DNA of 60,587 nt, filler included, from Sluysia triapertura (taxonomy: Eukaryota), in the NCBI GenBank assembly GCA_046118255.1. It is 4 parts of 4 records of this genome, joined end to end, with 100 filler letters (N's around TTAATTAATTAA, not from the genome) between each part and the next. Parts side by side here need not be neighbours in the genome. Positions count along the whole stretch, not along the records: positions 24,443 to 44,975 come from JBJNIA010016636.1; positions 45,076 to 60,587 come from JBJNIA010226350.1; 2 more parts are not named here. One strand, given 5' to 3'. The number at the start of each line of letters is the position of its first letter. Position 1 is the first letter of the stretch. The translations under genes were made by a program, and so were the position numbers. Shown piece after piece: positions 34,788-45,121 of the stretch. The notes below the pieces were generated by a model. The model did no database searches, had not been told where the DNA came from, and saw only the letters and a program-made list of their open reading frames with translations.

Positions 34788-37700
34788 TTAGAGTATCGAG
34801 TTTGTTTTTGTTGTTGCATTAGACAAATTTGATTCCGTTATAGCCTTTTTACATCTGTTTGCATGTACAGTTTTAGTCTTTTTTGAATTCTTATTAATAA
34901 CTTCTAAGTTTGTAGGGGTTATATTGACAACTTCGTATGGACCCTTAAGCGATGATTGAGGGTCCGTAAATGACCTTTGGAAATTACGGAATCGTAAATC
35001 AAAACCTGATCTCCAACTCTAAACTTATGAGGTTTCGTCTTTTATCATAATATTCCTTCATATTCTCTTAATTATGTCTGATATTCAAACCAGCCTTAAT
35101 CCAAGAATCATGTAGTCTATTTTTTACTATTGATATATAATCCGGGGTATCAATATACTGTGATTGGGATCCAGACCATTCTAAATCAATTGGCACATTA
35201 GTATGTCTGCCGTACATTAATTAAAAAGGCGTTTCTTTTGTTGTATGGATAGTATTTCTATATGCGAATAAACAGGGTTTTACGTATAAATCACAATCAG
35301 TTTGTTTTGAATTTATGTAGGATTGCAGCATATTTACTAGCGTCTTATTAAATCGTTCCACTAATCCATCTGTTTGTGGATGGTATGGTGATGTATATAT
35401 TCGAGCAATACCAAAAAATTTTGTCACTGCTGCTGATGTTTCACTCATAAAGTCTTTTCCTCTATCAGTAAGCAACTTCTTGGGGGTTCCGCACCGATAT
35501 ACTATTTCTTCGACAAATAGTTGTGCTATTGTTTCTGCCTTCTGATCTTTCATAGGAAAGGCTTCCGGCCATCGCGTCTGATAGTCTGAGAAGACAAGTA
35601 TATATTTATTTCCCATAGGCGTAATTGGTAATGGTCCTAGCACGTCCATTGCAGTATTTTCCATTGGGCTTGTTGGAACCGTCATGGGTGTTCTTGTTTT
35701 TGATCCAGTGTTTTTTCTTGACATGCATATGTGACACGTACCACACCATTCTTTAACATCATGTTGTATAGTCTTCCAATAATATTTTTGTTCAATTCTT
35801 TTTAGTGTTTTTCCAAAAGATAGATGTCCACCCAATAGACCGTCATGATATTGAATCATTAAAGCTACTTTTCTGGTATCCGGTACAACTATACGTAACC
35901 CATCTTTGGTCATGTACTTCAAAAGACTAGTTTCCATTTGGAAGATAATTCGTCGGCTAATTCGTTATCAATAATAAGATCAATTATAAGTTTTAAGTCA
36001 GGGTCTTCTCTTTGAGCTTGCGCCATTGATTTTTCGGTTTTACTAAGATCCACTACCATTGCGCATACTTCTCCTTTCTCGTTTACATTTTCAAGTCTTG
36101 ACATGAAATCCGCGTTTTTATTGTATACACCCTTTCTATAAGTTATTTCGATGTCGTATTATGCTAACGCTAAACTCCATGTAGCCAACCTTCCCATTAC
36201 GTTTCGTATATCTCTAAGATACATTAACGGTTTATGATCTGTATACAAGTATACATTATGTCCTAAAAGATAGTCTAAACTGCTTTAGAGCATAAATAAT
36301 AGCCAGACATTCCTTTTCAATAACCGAATAACGTGTTTCACAGGAATTTAGTCTACGACTTTGGACCGCAATTACATATTCTCTTCCGTTTTCATCCTTT
36401 TGTACCAGTATTGCGCCTATTGCGAAGTCACTTGCATCTGTCATGAGTATAAGTGGTTTTTCCATATTAGGGAATCGTAAGATTGGTGCTGTTATAAGTG
36501 CTGTTTTTAATGTTTGAAAAGCATTTTCCTGAGTTTCTGTCCAAATAAAATTTTTAATCAATTTACCTTTTTCTCTCACATCTTTATATTTCTTTGTAAG
36601 TTCCGTCAATGGTTTAGCTATCGTCGCAAAATTCTTTATGAATTTTCTGTAATAGTTGGCTAATCCTAAAAAGGCTTGAACTTCTATTTGATTTGTAGGA
36701 GTTTGAAATAATTTAACCTTCTTTAATTTCTTTGGATCTGGTGAAATACCATGTTGTGATACTACATGTCCTAGGAATACAACTTTCTCTTTAGCCCATT
36801 CACATTTTGTTTGTTTTATTTTCAGTCTCGCATTTTGTAGGCGAATAAATACTTCTTGTGTATCTTTCAAATGATTTTCGAAATCCATAGAATATATTAT
36901 TATATCGTCTACATATATACCATTGTATGTTGGCATCCGGCTAATACAAAATTCATGTACCGTTGAAATGTAGCCGGAGCTCCCGTTAAACCAAAAGGCA
37001 TTTTTTCATATTCAAATAACCCCTCCTCGGTAGAAAATCAGTTTTATGTTTATCTTCCTCTGATATGGATATCTGCCAGTATCCACTTTGTAAATCTAAT
37101 GTCGTGAAGTACTTAGCATTTCCGAGTTTATTAAGCATATCGTGTATTCGTGGTAGGGGATATTCATCCTTTCCAGTTACTTCGTTTAACTTGCGAAAAT
37201 CTATACAAAATCTCATTGATCCATCTTTCTTCTTGACTAATAATACCGGAGATGAGTATGGTGAGAAGCTAGGGCGTATTACTCCCGCCTTTTTCATTGT
37301 TTCAATTTGTTCTTTCATAATTTCCGTATGATGGAATGGTATTGGATACGGTCGTAGTTTGACAGGTTTATTAGTGGTTAACGGAATTGTATGTTTAATT
37401 ACTGTTGCACTTCCTATATCATATGGATTCTTTGATACTACTTGTGGATATTTATCCAGAAGTTGCTTTAATTCTAATTTTTGCATTATAGATAGGTTGT
37501 CATTATTTTTTACAATGTCGTCATAATCTTCTGTTGTAATCTCGCCTTTTAAATGGATTTGAGGTTTTTCCTTGGCTACGCATATGATGCTATCTTCCAG
37601 TACTGGTTCCAATGTTCCAATTTTCTGATTCTTAAATAGTTCAATTGGATCGCATGTAGGATTGCAAATTCGGACAGGTAATTTGTGATGAATTATTTTG

Positions 37701-38215
37701 TTAACACTTCGTGATATTAAAATTGAATATTTATGAGTTAAATATGTTAACGGTTCAAATGTTAAGGTTTCTTCTCCGTAATAAGGGGTATAGGCCGTGA
37801 TTATTGATTCGGTATTCGGGGCTAAGGTTACATTTTCCCGTAATACTACTGTATATCTTTCGGGTATTTTTTCATGTAAATCTATTAGTTCGAATTGACT
37901 TAAATTGATTACGACCCCTTCCAATCTCTTTAGAATGTCAATTCCTACAATTTTCATATGGAGAATCCTTTATAATTCTTGGAGTACAATTAATTGTTCT
38001 TCCAACAATTTTCCTATCAAATTTATTTTTTCACCTGCTACTGACGTTATGACACCAAAGTGTGGAGTTATATCTTGTATCATTTCTTTATTTAATATTT
38101 CTACATTAATAATTGAATGAGTCGCGCCTGTGTCGATTAGACCCGTATATTTATTTCCATTAAATCCAATTGTTGATAAGAATGTATTCTTATGGTTCTC
38201 TTTATCCTGAGCCAT
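34788..38215 (-). pseudogene. pol: Gypsy pol (protease, RT, RNase H, integrase) with stops and frameshifts
   Basis: LIDTGATHS; SPYSSPVLLVKKKDGSMRFCIDFRKLN; YVDD; TDASDFAIGA; YSVIEKECLA; TDHKPL; HHCC; MDVLGPLP; TDRGKDF; ERFNKTL; GPY motif near 34940. Split across ORFs 37970-38215, 36986-37957, 36256-36936, 35919-36104 and 35221-35937. Confidence 0.95.
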
Positions 38216-38952
38216 GTAATAATGTTCGTTTATTCGTGGTGGTAGGAATCTATCCCTTTGATTTCGTATTTCATTTTCTCTCCATATTTCGAAATGGTGA
38301 TTAAAGTCTCACGTCTTAATTCTAGTCGGTTTCAGACTTCCATTTTCCTCGAAATTTATTCTTGAGAACTTTCGAATTATGTTCCTTGATAAAAATTTTA
38401 ACTCGTATTTAACGTAAAAAATGAATAACTTTATTTATATTTCTTAAGTCGTTTACTGTTATTTTAAATGTTAACTTTATAATACTTAAAAGTTTATTCT
38501 CTATAATTCTTAACTGAGTTTAAAAATCTAATGGTTTTTGATGTAAATTAAATTCTCTTTATTTTATCTGTTGTTAGAGATTAGATTTATTTAGACTATT
38601 ATTTTAAACTAAAAAAATTATCCCAGTTTCCACTCTCTTTTCAAACTATAAAATTTATTCAATAAATTATATTAATGAAATAATAATGAAACATACAATT
38701 TTATACTGAAAATAAAATATTCTTTTCTTTCGTAAATTTTTTATTAGTTTTAAAACAAAACTTAAATATTTAATCTATTCAGAAAATGCTAAAATTCACT
38801 TACTTATGGATAGTTCAATTTGAAATTTTAATGACTTGTAATTGTTGAATACCTAATATAATGTCTTCCAAATTTACAATGTCTTTCAAATTTTTACAAT
38901 ACAACGTCTCCCAAAATTCACAATATAAATATTCTAAAATTTACAATATAAT

Positions 38953-39120
38953 TGTAGTGTTCAACTCATTAATGAACCCAACTCAACCACAAATATTCAA
39001 TACACAGTCTAGCCCTACCACATCTTTCACACAGGCCAACACTTAAAATATAACATACGTTAAACTTATTATGTACTTCAAATATATTATATTAATACGC
39101 TCTATCTAAAATATAACGTA
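38953..39120 (+). mobile_element. LTR-like fragment (TGTAGTG start, C/A-rich)
   Basis: TGTAGTGTTCAACTCATT resembles the minus-strand start TGTAGTGGTCAACACTCATT at 279. Confidence 0.4.
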
Positions 39121-39280
39121 ATACATTTAAATTACAATAATTTGTCGCATAACACTGTTTTAATCCGCCGATATCGCCTCTTCCAACTGTAACAACATCG
39201 CGTGAATTTTCGCACCCTTCTTTTTTATTAGTATTATTATTATTATTATTATCATTATCATACTTGCTTTATATTCTAAG

Positions 39281-39515
39281 TAACACTACTTCACCGATCA
39301 TGCGTACTTATAAACTTGTTACTTGTGAATTCAAATGGTTGGATTTTAACACAGGTAGAGAGGACTATTATGAAATAAGAAAGGAGAATCTTCACAAATT
39401 TTCGCAGAACGGCAACATGCTGGATGGATCATTGGTTTGATTTAACTATGGAAGATATCAGAATTTTAGAGGAAACTTCCAAAAAAGAGCCTGATAATCA
39501 ACTACGGGATGGAAC
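39281..39515 (+). pseudogene. Phosphatidylinositol transfer protein (class I PITP) C-terminal fragment
   Basis: [61 protein letters not shown] matches PITP MCAYKLVT..FKWWG...ERRLFTNFHRQ..CW.D.W..LTM.DIR..EEE. One frameshift and stops. Confidence 0.85.
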
Positions 39516-40919
39516 AGTGCGATGAACAATGTTATGTGCTATGACTTTAGTGATATGGATGCGTTATGAATTGCTGGTATAATGCACTTTGGACTACATC
39601 GCTTGATTCGTACGATTGGGATTATTTAAACAATCTAAATTATGGTATGCATGCAACACAAAATATCGGTACAAACAGTTAGCCCCATCAATTATACGAA
39701 TTACTACACAGTTTTAGAGATGAAGAAAGCCAACAAATGCAAATATTAGATCAAATTATTAATTGTGTACATCTCATACAAGACTTAACACAATTAATCA
39801 TTTGTTGCCTCTAGCTGGCTTATTAATTCCTCAAAAGTAATCCAGTGCACATATAACGATAACGATCAATATGGTAATGATTTTAATGAAATATGACGTA
39901 CAATAGAACCGTTATAAATCTATTCAGCATTGCGTCAAGGAAATATAATCATTGATGATAGTAAGCAAAGTCAAAATTAAATTACATTATATCTATTGAC
40001 AAATACAATTAGTATCATAAAGTCATTTTTTGGTCTTGCATTTTTTGATTATATTAAAAATATCGTAAATAAAATAACAAGTTATAAATAATATTTATGA
40101 ATATCCGGTATTTTTTGTAGTGAAATATATTTATATTAAACTTTTGTAATCAATGATCTCAGTCGGAAAATGAACAATGAATGATTTTAATAAATCACAT
40201 GATAAGCAAATACTGCCAATATTTAATATTTTAAAATTTTTGGGTTTCTTAAAGGCAATGTTACAGTAAATCTAATGAAGCTGTCTGATTTTGAAATTTC
40301 AAAAAAATCGTTATTATCAACAATTTTGTTATATAGTAAAAAGAACATGACTGATGCATATTATCAATTGATTAATGACAATATGATTAAACTTTCAGAA
40401 AAATATGAAATTGATCGAGTTTTAGGAATTAATAGTAAAAATAACACTTGTTTAGTCGCTTGGAAATACTGGACTGACGATTTTGCAACTTGGGAACCTA
40501 TATCAGATATTTACGAACCTTACATTAAAATATATAATGAAAAGACAAAAGAAGTAATTGAAATATGTAATTATTGTGATTAATTAGGAATTACGAAATA
40601 CAGTAACATTTTAGTTACAAATAATTATTTAGGAAATAAATAAAATATCACGCAGGTTTAAAGTATTTAATATTATATTAAAAAATGTGGAATACGGTGA
40701 TTTAAATTCTACAACTGCATTGAAATATTTAAGTCAAATTTCAAAACATTCTATCCGAAAATCAAATTTTGTTAAATATTATATAACAGAATATTTGGAC
40801 ACACTAAAAAAAGTTTATCCTTTACTTGAAGTTAAAATCATGAATGATGTTGATAATGAAGGTTAAGTTTTATTTTATAATTTAATTCAGTAAGGTAAAT
40901 AAATTTAAGTTCAAATTTA

Positions 40920-41410
40920 ACTCAATGACGGTCCTTACTCGTCAAGATTTTCTCTACTAAATTCGAATTTAACGGGCTTCACCCGGAGTATGTTTTAATG
41001 TTTAAATACCATATGAATTTCATTAAACATCTAAAAGTAAAATATTAAGTTTTATTTTGATATTTTTACACCGAATTGCGCAAGTTTAATTGCCTGCATG
41101 CGTATTCATCTTCGAGATTTAATCGTAAGTCAAGAAGTTAATAAGTATATTTTGTAAATAAACAAATCAATTTTAAATTGAAATATTTCTAATGTGAACC
41201 ATTTAGACTATTTAGCTCAATTTTCATCAAATATAGAAAATTAAACATTTTCAGTAGTAATAAATTAAAAGTATTTAACTTATCGCATATCATTGCGTAG
41301 TCTATTAAAACGATGTATCTTAAAGACATTTACTTTAGTTTTAGCATTTTCTCTTGTTTTCGCAGATAATCAAGACTTACATAAGGTAAATACTTATAGG
41401 CTACTGTCAT
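40920..41410 (-). pseudogene. Degraded intronless orphan ORF in the SUV39H-like intron
   Basis: MTVAYKYLPYVSLDYLRKQEKMLKLK*MSLRYIVLIDYAMICDKLNTF...IRMQAIKLAQFGVKISK...ILRVKPVKFEFSRENLDE reads as a protein-like remnant with scattered stops. Confidence 0.35.
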
Positions 41411-42439
41411 GAATTTGAATTTGAATTTTGAGTTTACTGTAGTTAATTAATTCTCATAAAATGTTAGGTTTTTTATAAATGAATAATTATTCAAGCCGAT
41501 GGATTGTAAATTTCGCACCTTTGTATACATTTAATTATAAATCATTATAATCTATATATAAGTTATCAAGTAATGAATAATTTAGTTTGCCTTATCTTTA
41601 TTAATAAAGTTTCTAATAATTCATTTTCTCCTAAATTCGTATTTACACATTTAAAAATACAATTAATATTTCTGTTTTTATTTTTGAATTCGTACGTTAG
41701 AATCACAATTTTCGTTACAGGGAAGTCAATATTACAATTTTTGTTTATAACTTTTTATACTCAAATTTTATTTATATAGAATAAAAGTCCGTAAAATAAA
41801 ATTTGCATCAATATTTAAAGAAATTGTCCAAATTTCAAAAATTTAAAACATTTAAACTCTAAATATCTAAAACTAGTTATACAATGCATACTGTATAAAT
41901 GTCCCTAAAATTATACAATTACAATATAGATATATTACGGATGTATGCTTAAAATATAAGAAGTTCCATTACCATTGATTTGAAAGGTTTCTAGACTGGT
42001 GTGTTCCTACACAGAGCGCATCTTAAAAAACCTGATTTAAGAAAATTATACTGATATTGCGCAGTAAGATTTTGTAAAAATTTATTTTTATTATTTAAAA
42101 AATTCAAATATTAAATAAATTTAAATAAAGTTAAATCTTTAACATTATTAACTTTATTCTAATTTTTTAAAAATTAAATTAAATTTGATCTAAAAATTAT
42201 GAGCACATTTTTATTCAATAGATTAAATCTATAAACTGGCAAAATTTCGTGTAAAATTTTTTACTGCAGGTCAAATTGTATCAAGAAGTATTTAAATACT
42301 CGAGCTGAAACTTGACCAATGTACTCGTAGTTTCTCCTACTAATCAAAGTTTTTAAAATTAATGTAGACAAAAAACCAAAGTAATACTAATTGTATATTT
42401 CCAAAAAATAATGTAACATTTAAAGTCTTTTACTAGAAA

Positions 42440-42988
42440 TAATCACAAACCTTGGAAATATTGAATTATATAAATCTTGAATTTCATAAATTTTGTATTC
42501 GTTGAATTTCATTTATTACACTTTCAAGATGCTTTACAATCATATGTTGTCTTTATTATATATACGTTTTCTACCAGTATGTCTCATACATTATTTATAT
42601 CGAGTATATATAATAGCCAAACTAAATTGATATTACCAGATAATCAATTAATTGTAACTATTGACTTGTGGATTTGGAGATTTTTCCTCGTCAACTATTT
42701 CGCACCAAATCTTCATATCAAATTTTCGTGGTAATAATTTATAGCAGTCAAGTCCATCTAAATGCAGCTTTTGTTCATCAGAAATATAATAGATTAAAGC
42801 ATTGTTTTATTACATTTCACGCTTACAATATATTCTATTTGCTAATGAACCTGACAGAGCCCGATTCTTGATATGTCAAATATATTAAAGCGTAAAATCA
42901 GCGCTTCATATGAATTACGTGACTCATTTTTTGTGTAAATTCGAGTGATGTTTTGAATGAAATAAACATTTGACTTAAACTTTTGCAT
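42440..42988 (-). pseudogene. Degraded intronless orphan ORF in the SUV39H-like intron
   Basis: MQKFKSNVYFIQNITRIYTKNESRNSYEALILRFNIFDIS.../YISDEQKLHLDGLDCYKLLPRKFDMKIWCEIVDEEKSP, with frameshifts. Confidence 0.3.
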
Positions 42989-43967
42989 TTGCGACTAAAA
43001 ACTGCAGAACATAAATTATTTGATTTAAAGTTTTAGGATGAAACTTTATATAAATACAAGACTAACTTATCAATATGAGTGCTAATTAATGTATTTAAAA
43101 ATATTGAGTATAGTAGGTTTCTGACTTTCTGCATAAAATATTACAGAATTTTAACCATTATTTATAAATCTAAAAATTAACTTGATACACTATATTTAAT
43201 TAATAATTTTTTTTCACTTTCAAATAGTTAATATATATTGTGAAAATATTGTGAACCTTAATTTTTACAGAATAAACGTAATTTTTAAGCTGAATTTTAA
43301 GCTGAAGTCATTTTGGTGTGTGAGCAGTTATTCTCAATCTAAATAATAGACATTTAGTTTTGCGAAAATCCTTATCGTTTAGATGCTTGTTCTTTTTCGT
43401 ATTTAAATTTCGTTAATAATTGGATTTCTAAATTCAATTTTTATTAGTGTGATTGCTTATTAATTAATTTTTTATTAAAATAATAATATTAGAGTTGAAT
43501 AATTATATCTTGTTTTTATCAACAAATTTTTTTAACTTAGTTAAGACATTAAATTATATCATACATTTAAATTTTATTTCTAAATTTTCTTTCATTATTA
43601 AATGATTTGCTTTCGAAATTAAAATACATTTATTTGATTTTATAATTTTGTGTATTAATCTTTCAGTTCCTCCTAATATAGAATACGTTAACGACTATGT
43701 AGGTAGTACAAAATATGTTAGAAGACCTGAACATTTGGGCAGTGTTTGTTCATGCATAGATATTTGTAAACAAACGAAGCAATGCTATAATGATCATGGT
43801 AATAAAGGAATGCCTTGTAAATCCTGCAATATTTCATATGAGTGCAATGAGAAATTTCAAATTACCATTACCACTATATCCGATTATAAGAAGACGAAGA
43901 AGCAATTTAAAGAAATAATGTTCAAGCATGACGAAGATTCTAAGGAGAGCAATCCAGCGGCAAATGA

Positions 43968-44351
43968 TTGGTGTCCGATACTCAGGATGTAACTGATCAC
44001 GAAAATGTTGATAACAATTATAATACATCACTATTACAATTTGTTGAAGGCATGATAAAGCATGTTATTGAAATGGTGAATAAGTCTCGATGGATAGTTC
44101 CGGCTCTACCTGATGGAGAATTTAAGACCTTGCTTTTGGCATCTACACGATACTCTAGTGCTAGTAAAGATGAAAGAATCAATGAGTTTAAGGATCCTTA
44201 TAGAAGTGTTTTTAAAGTTTCTCTCGGAAAGATAATCACTGATAATGCTATATCGAGTTGGAAAACTGATATTTTAGACAATATATGTCCGAATTCCTTA
44301 ATCATCACGAAGCTGTGTTTATTGAAAATATTAGACTATGGAAATGCGTGA
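43968..44351 (+). pseudogene. USP9X/USP24 (fat facets)-like N-terminal fragment
   Basis: EMVNKSRWIVPALPDGEFKTLL...SLGKIITDNAISSWKTDILDNI..N...LCLLKI matches USP9X [22 protein letters not shown]...[22 protein letters not shown].NN...LCVAKL. Confidence 0.8.
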
Positions 44352-44975
44352 TGTTTTAATGTGCAATTTAAGTACCATGGTCGATTTTATTACTCTTTAC
44401 TACTTGTTTTTCGTTTAAAATTTTAAGACTTTAAAGTACATTATGTTAATGAAGCTTTTACTGTTAATATTCAATACATTAGTGTTTGTTACTATAGTGT
44501 CTTAAATAATTTTAAATTTATAAATTTTAATTTTGAAGTTAACAACAATATAACCCGGCCATCACAATAATGTCTCCCCAATTTAAAATGTCAATGTTTG
44601 TTGTTTTCTTATCACTTAACCTATAACAAAATAGAAATTAAACATTGTCCAGTTACAGTAAATGTCTTATGGTGTTCCTGTAACTATATCTAAGTTAAAC
44701 TTTACGTAGAATTTAGCATATAATTCGTTAATTAACTTTATTCTATTGGAAGATCTTACGCTTAATAATTTATGTTAATAATCACGGTTAATCAAATTCT
44801 TGCCTTGGTATCTTTGTTACTCTAAACTTGATTTTATTATGAACCTTTAAATTATAACTCCAAATAAAAAAAATTTAAAAACTTTATTGAAATTAATTAA
44901 TTACAATTAATAATTAATCAAGCAGCAAGATTAATTCTCCAAGTTGGAAGAAGATCTCATATAACACCCTATCTC

Positions 44976-45075
44976 NNNNNNNNNNNNNNNNNNNNNNNNN
45001 NNNNNNNNNNNNNNNNNNNTTAATTAATTAANNNNNNNNNNNNNNNNNNNNNNNNNNNNNNNNNNNNNNNNNNNN
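44976..45075. other. Artificial contig-joining spacer
   Basis: N run with central TTAATTAATTAA. Confidence 0.95.

Positions 45076-45121
<46 letters not shown>

Larger units (their letters stand above)
31865..38300 (-). mobile_element. Ty3/Gypsy LTR retrotransposon, 5'-truncated (no gag or 5' LTR), with 3' accessory ORFs
   Basis: PR-RT-RH-IN order, four extra ORFs, hairpin AGCTTTGGGACAAAGCT, PPT GGGAGGAA, then TT-TGTAATACA at the 3' LTR start (32350). Confidence 0.9.
40255..43855 (+). pseudogene. SUV39H-like H3K9 methyltransferase gene fragment (chromodomain and pre-SET, SET domain missing)
   Basis: Phase-consistent exons 40255-40553 (chromo YEIDRVLG..CLVAWKYWTDDFATWEP), 40633-40861 and 43667 onward splice to KIMNDVDNEVPPNIEYVNDY..CSCIDIC..ISYECN (cf. 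VENEVD..PP..F.YINEY..C.C..C..IYECN). Homology breaks off at about 43855. Confidence 0.8.

Noticed and set aside
40275-40583. Chromodomain as part of a chromovirus or Polinton integrase
   Set aside because: It is on the opposite strand to the Gypsy pol and splices in phase to pre-SET exons, so it is SUV39H-like.
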